NCBI GenBank assembly: GCA_033549025.1
Contig: JAWSUS010000002.1
Location: 128,001 to 192,000 of the forward strand
DNA from: Desulfuromonadales bacterium
GTDB taxonomy: Bacteria > Desulfobacterota > Desulfuromonadia > Desulfuromonadales > SZUA-540
DNA: 64,000 nucleotides
Reading direction: 5' to 3'
Shown here piece after piece: positions 17,144 to 26,236 of this stretch. The stretch's first letter is position 1. The number at the start of each line of letters is the position of its first letter. Both the position numbers and the translations under genes were made by a program. Below the pieces are notes generated by a model, which worked only from the letters and a program-made list of their open reading frames with translations, had not been told where the DNA came from and made no database searches.

Positions 17144-18256
17144 TTAGCGGATGTGTACCGGGGCGAAGCCTCCTCCCGGCGTGCGCATATTGGTCACCTG
17201 CCCCTGGTAGAGGCGCGCCGTCACGCCAAGGACGCGGTCGCGATAGACATAGAGGCGGAAATCCGTTTTCATGACTTCGTCGCCGCTGGCGGTGACGGAC
17301 GGTTCCACCAGGCGCTGGACAAGGGTTTGCTCCGGCTCGAGCTGGTCAAAGCGGCTGCGGGAAATCTTGCGGCCCAGCAGGACGCCGCGGCTGCCGAATC
17401 GGTCGACGGGCTTAAAGACCCATTCCTTGCGCTGCTGCCACAGTGTATCAGGGTCCATGGCGGCCATCATCCGGCTCTCGGGCACTGTTTCGGCCAGCAG
17501 ATCGAGCACCGCCGGCGAAACCCCAAGGGAGGCCATGGCTTCCCGGTCCGTCCACAGCGCCAGCCGACGCTTGTCGGCCAGCAGGCCATAGACATGGGGG
17601 TTGGGGGAAAGGCAGAGCTTGCGGGCCAGGTAGGCGGCGCGGAGGCCGGCCATGGCCTCGCTCTCCAGGTAGAAATCGCAATGCCGGTTGTAGATGAAGT
17701 CTACCGGCTCGCCGTCATGAAAGACGCCCTCGGCCCCCGCCACCAGCTCCTGCGGATCGACAATCGCGGCCGGAATGCCCCAGCGCGTAAAAAGCTCACG
17801 AAATGCCAGCATCTCGGGATAGAGAAACTGCTCGCCCGGTTGCTCGTCGACGATGGCGAGACGCCGGGGCAGCTGCTGGCGACCGGCGCTGAAGGCTTCC
17901 ATTTCCCTCAGGAAGGAGTAGCGCAGCAGCTCTTCCAGCCGTCGCGGCAACGCCAGGGTTCCCGCCGCCTCACCGGGATGATGGGCCCAATGGGCGAGCA
18001 GCCCCCCGCCGGCGTTGGTGTTGACCTCGATGAGGCTGGGCACCGCCCCGGTCACATGAAAGTCGAACCCCATCATCACCGCGTCGTGCCCCGGGTCGAA
18101 GCGGGCGACCTCGGGTAGCGACGGGGATAAATACTCTCGGTAACGCCGGTTGCGGCTCAGGGCGAAAAGCGCCTTCACCAGGCGTATCATGCTTTTTAAG
18201 GCGGGACGCGGCAGGGTGACCGGCGCCACACTGACCGCTGCTTCGAAACCGCTCAT
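17144..18256 (-). CDS. Circularly permuted ATP-grasp-like ligase (hypothetical)
   Basis: MGFDFH...LIEVNTNAGG near the N-terminus; IYNR, VFKP...GSRGV, QRLVEP, GGGFAPV at the C-terminus. Confidence 0.6.
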   Translation of the reverse strand: MSGFEAAVSVAPVTLPRPALKSMIRLVKALFALSRNRRYREYLSPSLPEVARFDPGHDAVMMGFDFHVTGAVPSLIEVNTNAGGGLLAHWAHHPGEAAGTLALPRRLEELLRYSFLREMEAFSAGRQQLPRRLAIVDEQPGEQFLYPEMLAFRELFTRWGIPAAIVDPQELVAGAEGVFHDGEPVDFIYNRHCDFYLESEAMAGLRAAYLARKLCLSPNPHVYGLLADKRRLALWTDREAMASLGVSPAVLDLLAETVPESRMMAAMDPDTLWQQRKEWVFKPVDRFGSRGVLLGRKISRSRFDQLEPEQTLVQRLVEPSVTASGDEVMKTDFRLYVYRDRVLGVTARLYQGQVTNMRTPGGGFAPVHIR

Positions 18257-18335
18257 CCTTCCTCCGTCCAGTCAGGTTCAGGCGGTCATCATGCCACACT
18301 CGCGGCCTTTTGCAAATGGTCGGAGGAGCCGGACA

Positions 18336-18363
18336 TTGACAAAGAGGACGTCTGCCGTAAAAT
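18336..18363 (+). promoter_or_regulatory. sigma70-type promoter
   Basis: TTGACA-16-TAAAAT upstream of the cytochrome gene. Confidence 0.5.
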
Positions 18364-18420
18364 TCTTTTCATCTTCGAGCAACACGGTGGTCAACTCTAC
18401 GGCAAAGGAAACGGGCTTCT

Positions 18421-18744
18421 ATGAAATATTCCTGCGTGATTCTGTTTATCCTCATCCTGGGTCAGACCCCGGCCTTCGGCGCCAAGCAGATGGAAAACCT
18501 CGGAGCCATCACCCCGACGACGGTCGATGATTTCCACAGGGTCATCGACAACCGCTGCGGCATCTGCCACTCCCGCGAGCGCGTGGATGTAGCCATTGCC
18601 CAGCGCCGGTCCCTCGAAAAGCTGCAGCAGCAGATGATCGAGCGGGGAGCGGTTCTCGATCCCCGTGACAAGGAGGTTCTGGGCACCTTCTGGGGCCGCC
18701 CCTTCGCGGGCGAGGACAAACCCACCCCGCAGCCGGCCCACTAG
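18421..18744 (+). CDS. Small secreted monoheme c-type cytochrome
   Basis: Signal peptide ending AFG-A; single CGICH; distal Met in QQQMIERGA. Confidence 0.7.
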   Translation: MKYSCVILFILILGQTPAFGAKQMENLGAITPTTVDDFHRVIDNRCGICHSRERVDVAIAQRRSLEKLQQQMIERGAVLDPRDKEVLGTFWGRPFAGEDKPTPQPAH

Positions 18745-18806
18745 CCGTCCCGCCGTCTTTTTACTGCCAACACGCCAGCCTTGCGGCCACTTCCCTCTGG
18801 ACTGTC

Positions 18807-19493
18807 ATGCATCAGATCAAAAACTGGCCCGCCGACGAGCGGCCACGGGAGAAGCTTCTGCACAAAGGGCCCGAAGCCCTGAGCGATGCCGAACTTCTCG
18901 CCCTCATCCTGCGCACCGGCGACGCCTCCAGCCGCTGCAGCGCCCTTGACCACGCGCGCCAGCTGCTGGCACGTTTTTCCACCCTGCGCACCATGGCCCA
19001 GGCTTCAGTGACGGAGCTGTGCGAACTCAAGGGAATCGGGCCGGCCAAGGCAGCCGAGCTCAAGGCCGTCTTCGAACTGGCCCGCCGCTTCGCCGCGGCG
19101 CCTTTGCAGCCCGGGGAAAAGTTCAGCTGCGCCGAAGAGGTCTTCCAGCATTTTCACGAGCGTCTGCGGGATCGGAAAAAAGAGGTCTTTCTGACGGTGC
19201 TGCTTGACAGCAAAAACCGGGTGATCCGCGAAATTCAGGTTTCGGAAGGGAGTCTCTCGGCCAGCATCGTCCACCCCCGGGAGGTCTTCGCCCCGGTGGT
19301 GCGGGAATCGGCGGCCGCCCTTCTGCTCGTGCACAATCACCCCTCCGGCGATCCTTCACCGAGCCGCGAAGATCTCGATATCACCAGCCGTCTCCGTAGC
19401 GCCGGCGAACTCATGGGAGTGCGCGTGCTCGATCACATCATCATCGGCAACGGCACCTATGTCAGTCTGGCCGACCGCGGCCTCATGTCCTGA
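18807..19493 (+). CDS. radC: RadC/JAB-domain protein
   Basis: ERPREKL, HhH KGIGPAKA, HNHPSGDPSPSRED, LDHIIIG. Confidence 0.93.
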   Translation: MHQIKNWPADERPREKLLHKGPEALSDAELLALILRTGDASSRCSALDHARQLLARFSTLRTMAQASVTELCELKGIGPAKAAELKAVFELARRFAAAPLQPGEKFSCAEEVFQHFHERLRDRKKEVFLTVLLDSKNRVIREIQVSEGSLSASIVHPREVFAPVVRESAAALLLVHNHPSGDPSPSREDLDITSRLRSAGELMGVRVLDHIIIGNGTYVSLADRGLMS

Positions 19494-20551
19494 CCGACTT
19501 CGGCGTACTCGAAAAAACTCTTCTGCGGCAGGCGCACCTCCTGCTGCAGGAGCAGGTCGTTGATCTCGGCCGGCCCGTAATATTCGGCTTCGGCGGCGCG
19601 GCCGTGGGGCAGCAGGAAACCGAACTGGGGCACGAAGGTGTTGCGCTTGACCGAATGATCCAAAGTCAGGCCGGCGATGGCCAGAATGTTGCGCTCGCCG
19701 CTGTCGAAGGAATCGGTCAGGTAGGAGGCCAGCCGGTGAAACTGCCGCCAGGTGTTGATGTCGGCAAGGCGGCGGTGGGGGCGCTCCGAGGTAACGATAT
19801 CCGGCAGGAAATCGAAGACGGTCACCTCCAGCATCGCCTTGATATCATGACTCTGCGGATCGAGGGCACGGCTGAAGACGAAATATTCGGCGCCGAGCAG
19901 GCTGCCGATGGCCTGGGGCTCGGCGCCCAGCTCCGCCAGCACCACTTCGTTTTTTTCCACAAAGGCCGGATGCAGGCGGTAAACCTTGCCGTGACTCGAA
20001 TCCCGCAGGGCTTCGCCATCCACCAGGCGGCGCAGATGCAGGACGATGCGGGCCTCATCGCTCTGACCGTGCCGAAAGAGATATTTGTAGGGGATCTCAA
20101 CCTTGAGCCCGCCGACCCCGCGAAAGAGCCGAATGGAGGCGGCCGCCCGCCGGTAGATGACCAGATAGCCTTCCAGCAGACGATAGAGAGCGCTGCAGCA
20201 GGGGGCGACCTCGCCGTGAATCCGTTCGACATAGCCGATGCCCTCTTCCTCCCGGATGCCATGATGGCTGCCGCCCAGGATAACGAGATCCTGACCGTGA
20301 TGGGAGGCCGGCACCAGGCGCTGGGGGTCGAGCAGCCCGCCGACGCGACCAAGGTTGAAGACCGGGCAGTCAAAGACATAGCCGAGCAGGGCCTTCTTGA
20401 TCCCCTGGCTTTCGTCCGAGCACTGCCAGACGGCAGGCAAAATCTGGCGGAACCCTTTGTGGGCGGCGAGAGCGTTCATCCGGCCGTAAAGCTCCATCAG
20501 TTCCATGGGGGCCTGGTGCAAAAAGGGTTCGGCAGGGGGGGAAATGGGCAT
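19457..20551 (-). CDS. Hypothetical protein with N-terminal LCIB/theta-carbonic anhydrase-like domain
   Basis: CSDE...FNLGRVGG...H...GSHHGI...GYVER...CCSAL pattern resembles the LCIB-family Cys/His/Cys zinc site; SD GGAG upstream. Confidence 0.55.
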   Translation of the reverse strand: MPISPPAEPFLHQAPMELMELYGRMNALAAHKGFRQILPAVWQCSDESQGIKKALLGYVFDCPVFNLGRVGGLLDPQRLVPASHHGQDLVILGGSHHGIREEEGIGYVERIHGEVAPCCSALYRLLEGYLVIYRRAAASIRLFRGVGGLKVEIPYKYLFRHGQSDEARIVLHLRRLVDGEALRDSSHGKVYRLHPAFVEKNEVVLAELGAEPQAIGSLLGAEYFVFSRALDPQSHDIKAMLEVTVFDFLPDIVTSERPHRRLADINTWRQFHRLASYLTDSFDSGERNILAIAGLTLDHSVKRNTFVPQFGFLLPHGRAAEAEYYGPAEINDLLLQQEVRLPQKSFFEYAEVGQDMRPRSARLT

Positions 20552-20674
20552 GGCTCGTCTCCTTTCGCAAAAAAGAATAACACCGTTCTACCCCGGACGC
20601 CAGATCTAACCTCTCGACTAAGCGCTTGAATTGCTGACCGGGAACATGATATTTTAACGGCCGACTTACCTCAC

Positions 20675-20709
20675 CAGGCCGGGGGAAACCAACCCGGCTT
20701 GTTTTTTTT
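20675..20709 (+). terminator. Intrinsic terminator-like hairpin just upstream of the U32 gene
   Basis: CAGGCCGGG-9 nt-CCCGGCTTG followed by T8. Confidence 0.5.
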
Positions 20710-20725
20710 CAGCAACCGCCAGACC

Positions 20726-23128
20726 GTGGATACCCCTGTGACCTCACCGATTGTACCCGCCACCGCCAGAACCAGACCCGAACTTTTGTCCCCCGCCGGC
20801 AGTCTGGAGGCTTTTTTCGCCGCCATGGAAGCGGGCGCCGATGCCGTCTATGCCGGCCTGCGCGATTTTTCCGCCCGCGCCAAGGCGCGCAATTTCACCC
20901 TCGGCGACATGGAGAGGATGCTGGCCTACGCCCACGGACAGGGGCGCAAGGTCTATGTCACCCTCAACACCCTGGTCAAGGAGACGGAACTGCCGCAGCT
21001 GGTCGACACCCTGAGCGCCCTGGAGGCCATGGGCATCGACGCCGTCATCCTGCAGGATCTGGCCGTGTGGCGTCTGGCCCGCGAGCACTTTCCCGGCCTG
21101 GAGCTGCACTCTTCCACCCAGATGACGGTACACAACGCCGCTGGCGTCCGCATGCTCGAACGCATGGGCTTTTCGCGGGCGGTGCTGGCCCGCGAGCTGA
21201 GCCTTGAGGAGATTGCTGCCATTCGCGCCCAGACCAGCATGGAGCTGGAGCACTTCATCCATGGCGCCCTTTGCTTCTGCTTTTCAGGTCAGTGTTATTT
21301 CTCCTCCTATCTCGGCGGCAAGAGCGGCAACCGCGGGCGCTGCGCTCAGCCCTGCCGGCGGCGCTACCGCTATCGCCAGCAGGAGGGCTACTACTTCTCC
21401 ACCAACGATCTGTCCGCCATCGATCTGCTGCCGGAGCTCACCGAGGCGGGCATTATCAGCCTGAAGATCGAAGGGCGCATGAAGAGTGCCGAGTACGTCT
21501 CCAACGTGGTGTCCGCCTACCGCCTGGCTCTGGACGCGGCCCCCGCCCAGCGGGCCGAAGCGGTACGCCAGGCCAAGGAGCATCTCAAGGCCTCCTTCGG
21601 CCGCAACCCCACCAAGGGTTTTCTGCCCGGCGGTATCCCGCACGACATCGCCATCCCCTCGGTCAAGGGGGCGACGGGTCGCTTTCTCGGTGATGTCAGT
21701 CAGGTCAAAGGGGGAACCATCTCTTTCAAGACCCGCGACCGTCTCCATATCGGCGACCGTCTGCGCATTCAGCCGAAAACGGACAAGGCGGGCACGGCTT
21801 TCACCATCAAGGAACTCCAGCAGGGACGCCGGCCGGTCAAAAAAGTGGCGGCGGGCACCTTTGTCTCCGTGCCTTCCCCCTTTGAAAACACCTTCAAGGC
21901 GGGGGACGCCGTCTTCAAGGTGTCGTCCGAGCAGGCTTTCACCCTGAGCGAAACGGCCTGCCGCCGCAAACTGGAGCAGGCCGGCCCCGTCCCCGAAAAG
22001 GTCGACCTGGTCGTCTCTCTTACGGCAGATCGCCTGACCCTGCGCGCCCAGGTCGACGACTTCGATCTGGAGCAGAGCTACCCCGTCGAAACCTTTGCCG
22101 CCGAGGAAAGTCCCCTCAGCCACCAGACCCTGGAGGCCGTTTTCGCCAAGAGCGGCCCGGAGCCTTTCCGGCTGGGCGACCTTGCCACCGGCGACCTGCC
22201 GCCGGTAATCATCCCGCCCAGCCAGCTCAAGCAGATCCGCCGCGATTTTTATCAGCAGCTTGCCCAGGCGCTGCGCCGGGAACGTCAGACCCGGCAGAAC
22301 CGCCGGCGCCAGGCCGCCCTCGCCGCCCTGCTGCCGGCCGGCCAGCCCCCGCAGGAACGCCGCCAGCTTACCCTGGGCTTGCGCGATCCGCGGGATATCG
22401 GGCTGCTCCTCGACCCGGACGTGGACCGGGTCATGCTGCCGCTGACCCCGTCCAACGTCAACCAGCTGCGCCTCGGCAAGGGACTGTCCGGCAAAGAGGA
22501 CCGCATTATCTGGGATATCCCTTTTGTGCTGCTGGGGAATCAATGGAACGATACGCGCAAGGCCATCCGAATTCTCGTCAGCCGCGGCTTCAGCCATTTC
22601 AGCCTGGGCAACCTCGGGCATTTCCCGCTTTTTGACGGGCTCGACGGCCTGCATCTGCACACCAGCTACCGCCTCTTCAGCCTGAACAGTCAGGCCATAC
22701 TCGCCTGGCGTGAGCTGGGCGCCGAGGAGGTCTCCCTCTACATCGAGGACGACAGGGACAACCTCGCCGAACTGCTGGCGCGGGACACGGGCGTTTCCGC
22801 CGCCGCCACCGTCTACACCCGCGTCCCCCTTATCACCTCGCGCATTCCGATCCGCTCGGTGCGCGCCGATCAGCCGGTGGTTTCCGACCGCGGCGACACC
22901 TACCGGGTCGACCAGCGCGGCGGCCTCACGGTTCTCTCCTCCACCGTCGACTTCTCGCTGCTCGGGCAGCTGGATGTTCTGCAGTCCCTGGGCTGCCACC
23001 GTTTTATCGTCGACCTCTCCCACCTGGGCCCCCATTCCCCCGAAGGTAAAAAAGTGCTGCAGGTGCTCAAAAAGGGGGGAGAGGTGCCGGGAACCTCTTC
23101 CTTCAACTTCGAGCAGGGCCTGGAATAG
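20726..23128 (+). CDS. rlhA: Peptidase U32-family RNA hydroxylation protein with DUF3656 (RlhA-like); start uncertain
   Basis: PELLSPAG, GADAVY, HGALC..SGQC..NRGRCAQPCR, LKIEGRMKS; long (about 800 aa) form. Confidence 0.75.
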   Translation: MDTPVTSPIVPATARTRPELLSPAGSLEAFFAAMEAGADAVYAGLRDFSARAKARNFTLGDMERMLAYAHGQGRKVYVTLNTLVKETELPQLVDTLSALEAMGIDAVILQDLAVWRLAREHFPGLELHSSTQMTVHNAAGVRMLERMGFSRAVLARELSLEEIAAIRAQTSMELEHFIHGALCFCFSGQCYFSSYLGGKSGNRGRCAQPCRRRYRYRQQEGYYFSTNDLSAIDLLPELTEAGIISLKIEGRMKSAEYVSNVVSAYRLALDAAPAQRAEAVRQAKEHLKASFGRNPTKGFLPGGIPHDIAIPSVKGATGRFLGDVSQVKGGTISFKTRDRLHIGDRLRIQPKTDKAGTAFTIKELQQGRRPVKKVAAGTFVSVPSPFENTFKAGDAVFKVSSEQAFTLSETACRRKLEQAGPVPEKVDLVVSLTADRLTLRAQVDDFDLEQSYPVETFAAEESPLSHQTLEAVFAKSGPEPFRLGDLATGDLPPVIIPPSQLKQIRRDFYQQLAQALRRERQTRQNRRRQAALAALLPAGQPPQERRQLTLGLRDPRDIGLLLDPDVDRVMLPLTPSNVNQLRLGKGLSGKEDRIIWDIPFVLLGNQWNDTRKAIRILVSRGFSHFSLGNLGHFPLFDGLDGLHLHTSYRLFSLNSQAILAWRELGAEEVSLYIEDDRDNLAELLARDTGVSAAATVYTRVPLITSRIPIRSVRADQPVVSDRGDTYRVDQRGGLTVLSSTVDFSLLGQLDVLQSLGCHRFIVDLSHLGPHSPEGKKVLQVLKKGGEVPGTSSFNFEQGLE

Positions 23129-23139
23129 GAGCGGGCGCC

Positions 23140-25077
23140 ATGCCGGGCACGTCGGGATATCTTCTCCTCGCCGAAAAGACCGCCGCCGAACCGGAGGGGC
23201 TGGCGGATGTCCTCCGCTTTTTGTCGGCGCAGTACGGACTCGACATCTATCAGGCCCGCCAGCGTCTGCTCGGCGCGGGCAAAGCTCTGCTGGCCCGGGG
23301 CGATCATGACCGCCTGACCGCCATGGCCGCGCCTCTGCGGCAGGCGGGTGTCGCCGTCTGGGTGGTGCAGCCGACCCGGCCCGCTTTCGTTCCGGCCCGG
23401 GTGCGGGAGATCCGCGTCACGCCGGAGACACTTTTTTTCACGACCGAAAAAGGCACGACCGCGCTGCCTAAGGGAGCCGCCGTCCTGGCCGTGCTTGCCG
23501 ACCTCAGCGGCACCCTGGCCAAACGCCACATCAAGAACCTGCTGGCCCAAAACGCCTACCGTGGCCAGGAGCACATCGTCCCTCTCGACTCCCGCCAGCA
23601 CTACCGCATCATCCTGCGGGCCCGGCCGGTGCTGGACGTCTATCGGCTGGATGACGAAGGGCGGATCGCTGAAGCCCTGCGCTTCGTACCCGGGCGCTTC
23701 AACCCCCAAGGGCTGGGTGAGCTGGCGGGCCTGAGCGGGGCGGAAAACCTGCATCAGCTGGTGCAGCTCCTGCGGCGCCAAGCCGGCGAGTTTACCCTGA
23801 ACACCGAGTTCGGTCTGGCCCAGCTGCCAGGCTGCCAGCTCGACGAAACGAAACTCGGCGAAAAAGCGTCACCGGAGAATCTCAACCGCCTCACCCTCTT
23901 CGGCTGGCGCCTGGCCGATCTGCGGCGGGCTCAGGCCGAACAGAAAGCCGGCGACGCCGGGCCGGAGGCAGACGTCGCCCCCCTGCTGGCGGCCGTCGCC
24001 ACCGTAACAAAGATGGACGAGGCGACTACCGACGCGGACCCGGCGACGGCGCCCGACCCTTCATCCTGGCGGGGCCTGCCGCCCCCGCCGCCGGACCACC
24101 GCCAATCGCGGCACTTTTTCACGCGGCCCGTCCCGGTCTTTTTTACCATGGCGGCCCTCGGCGCCGGTTTCGCCCTGCTTATGGGGCACAACGACCGACT
24201 GCTGGGCGAACTGTTCCGCCAAGGGATGAAGACAGGGGTGCTGCCGGCCCTCCTCTCCGCCATTCTGCTGGCAAGCGGCTTTCATTTCATCCGCCTCAAG
24301 CGTCTGCTTGAGAACACCCCCACCAGCCGCATACGCTCCCTGGCCCTGGGGATGGTCGAGGTCCACGGCCGCGCCCGGCGCCGCTACGCCCTGGTCTCCC
24401 CCATGACCCAGTCCCCCTGCGTCTATTACCGCCTTAAAAAATATCGGCGCGACGACCGTGACCACACCTGGAGCCTGGTAAGCACGCTGGACAGCGGCTA
24501 CGTCTCTTTTCTGCTCGACGACGGCAGCGGCCGCGTCATCGTCGACCCCCAGGGTGCTCGTGTGCGGCCCAAGTCGAGCCAGGAAGGCTACCCCGGCCAG
24601 ACGGGTCTGCTCGTGCGGGGCAACGAGCCCGATGAAAAATGGGTGGAGGAGTTGATTCACGAGGGGAGCCCGGTCTATATTCTCGGGCAGGCCTACCAGG
24701 AGCGCTCCCCGGCACCGACCCTGCGGGAACGCACCCGCGCGATTCTGCAGGGCTATAAGCAGGATCCGGCTAAACGGCAGCGGTTTGACAAAAACCGGGA
24801 CGGCCATCTCAGCCCGGATGAGTGGGACGAGGCGCGGCAGGCCGCCGAGCAAGAGGCCCTGCATCAGGCTCTGCACGCTACCGGCAGTAGCGGGCGGGGC
24901 GCGGTGATTATCGGCCGTGACCCGCACCGACGCCTGCCCTTTATTATCGCCGAAACGCCCTCGGAGGCGCACCTGACCCGCAACTACGGCCTGACCGCCA
25001 TTCCCCTTTTCCTCGCCGCCGTCGCGGCGGCTTTCTGGTCTCTGACCCGGCTGGTCCCGCTGCTGACCGGCCCTTAA
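23140..25077 (+). CDS. Membrane protein with GIDE-like domain and EF-hand
   Basis: ENTPTSRIRSLALGMVEVHG, FLLDDGSGRVIVDP, VYILG; EF-hand loop DKNRDGHLSPDE; lies upstream of lemA. Confidence 0.7.
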   Translation: MPGTSGYLLLAEKTAAEPEGLADVLRFLSAQYGLDIYQARQRLLGAGKALLARGDHDRLTAMAAPLRQAGVAVWVVQPTRPAFVPARVREIRVTPETLFFTTEKGTTALPKGAAVLAVLADLSGTLAKRHIKNLLAQNAYRGQEHIVPLDSRQHYRIILRARPVLDVYRLDDEGRIAEALRFVPGRFNPQGLGELAGLSGAENLHQLVQLLRRQAGEFTLNTEFGLAQLPGCQLDETKLGEKASPENLNRLTLFGWRLADLRRAQAEQKAGDAGPEADVAPLLAAVATVTKMDEATTDADPATAPDPSSWRGLPPPPPDHRQSRHFFTRPVPVFFTMAALGAGFALLMGHNDRLLGELFRQGMKTGVLPALLSAILLASGFHFIRLKRLLENTPTSRIRSLALGMVEVHGRARRRYALVSPMTQSPCVYYRLKKYRRDDRDHTWSLVSTLDSGYVSFLLDDGSGRVIVDPQGARVRPKSSQEGYPGQTGLLVRGNEPDEKWVEELIHEGSPVYILGQAYQERSPAPTLRERTRAILQGYKQDPAKRQRFDKNRDGHLSPDEWDEARQAAEQEALHQALHATGSSGRGAVIIGRDPHRRLPFIIAETPSEAHLTRNYGLTAIPLFLAAVAAAFWSLTRLVPLLTGP

Positions 25078-25102
25078 CCTTCCCTTTCACAAGGAGATAC
25101 CT

Positions 25103-25672
25103 ATGACAGGCTGGATCGTTCTCGCTGCTTTCCTGTTGATTCTCGCAGCCCTGATTCTGTACGCCGTAATCCTGTACAACGGTTTTATCCACCTGAAAAA
25201 CACCATCGACAAAGCCTGGAGCAATATCGACGTGCTGCTCAAACAGCGCTTCGACGAATTGCCCAAACTCATCAAGGTCTGCGAAGGCTACATGCAGCAC
25301 GAGCAGAAGACCCTGGAAGAAGTCGTCAAGGCCCGCTCGGCTATCAATAACGCCGGCAGCGACCAGGAGAGGATGGGAGCCCAGAACGCCCTGACCGAGA
25401 CGTTGCGCTCTCTCTTCATGGTGGTGGAGCGCTACCCCGACCTCAAGGCCGATGTCGCCTTCCGCAATCTCGGGGCCCGCATCAGTGAGCTGGAGGACCA
25501 GATCGCCGACCGGCGCGAGCTGTACAACGAGTCGGTCACCTTCTACAATATCCGCCTCGACCAGTTCCCCGACCTCGTCATCGCCCGGCTTTTCCACTTC
25601 ACGCCCCGCACCCTCTGGCAGATCGACCCGGCCCACCGGCAGGATGTTCAGGTCGCTTTTGCCCACCACTAA
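25103..25672 (+). CDS. lemA: LemA-family protein
   Basis: YN..AWSNIDVLLKQRFDELPKL, ERYPDLKA, YNESV..FP. Confidence 0.92.
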   Translation: MTGWIVLAAFLLILAALILYAVILYNGFIHLKNTIDKAWSNIDVLLKQRFDELPKLIKVCEGYMQHEQKTLEEVVKARSAINNAGSDQERMGAQNALTETLRSLFMVVERYPDLKADVAFRNLGARISELEDQIADRRELYNESVTFYNIRLDQFPDLVIARLFHFTPRTLWQIDPAHRQDVQVAFAHH

Positions 25673-25753
25673 AGAGAAGGGCGGAGGTGCTGACCCCGTT
25701 CTTCATGGAGTCTTTTTCGTGTTCCGATTTGTGAAACAGCCTGGAGTCCGCCC

Positions 25754-26236
25754 ATGAGCGCCGTCGGCATGACCTACCTGGTCCTCATTCTGATTGCCTA
25801 CGGCTTCAGCTCCAGCAATTCCCCGGAGAAGACGCGAAAGAGTCTCAAGATCGCCGGGCTGTCCCTGTGGCGCCTCTTTCCCCTGCTCGTCGCCGTCTTC
25901 GGCCTGGTCGGCCTTTTTCAGGTCTTTATCCCGCCGGAACTGATTGAAAAAATTCTGGGCGAATCTTCCGGCCCCATCAGTCTTCTGCTCGGTGGCGGCA
26001 TGGGTGCTATCGCCATCGGCCCGCCGGCGGCGGCCTTCCCCCTGGCCGGCACCCTGCTCACCGCCGGCGCCTGGCCGCCGGCCATCGCCGCCTTCATTGT
26101 CTCCTGGGTCTCCGTCGGCGTGGTGACCCTGCCTTTTGAGATGGGCGTCTTCGGCGCCCGCTACGCCCTGCTGCGCAACGGCATGGCCTTTGTCGCCGCC
26201 CTCGTCATCGGGCTGCTCATGGGAGCGATTCTATGA
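25754..26236 (+). CDS. Predicted permease subunit (DUF318/ArsP-like half)
   Basis: Hydrophobic; GPPAAAFPLA, LPFE, RN motifs. Confidence 0.65.
   Translation: MSAVGMTYLVLILIAYGFSSSNSPEKTRKSLKIAGLSLWRLFPLLVAVFGLVGLFQVFIPPELIEKILGESSGPISLLLGGGMGAIAIGPPAAAFPLAGTLLTAGAWPPAIAAFIVSWVSVGVVTLPFEMGVFGARYALLRNGMAFVAALVIGLLMGAIL

Noticed and set aside
18807..19493. radC as a marker of a mobile element
   Set aside because: It is the full-length HhH+JAB chromosomal form with host-like composition and housekeeping neighbours.
21284..23035. Long antisense ORFs (583 aa here; also 30683-32113, 50051-51550 and 60679-62820)
   Set aside because: These are shadow frames opposite well-supported genes, expected from high-GC codon bias, and have no motifs.
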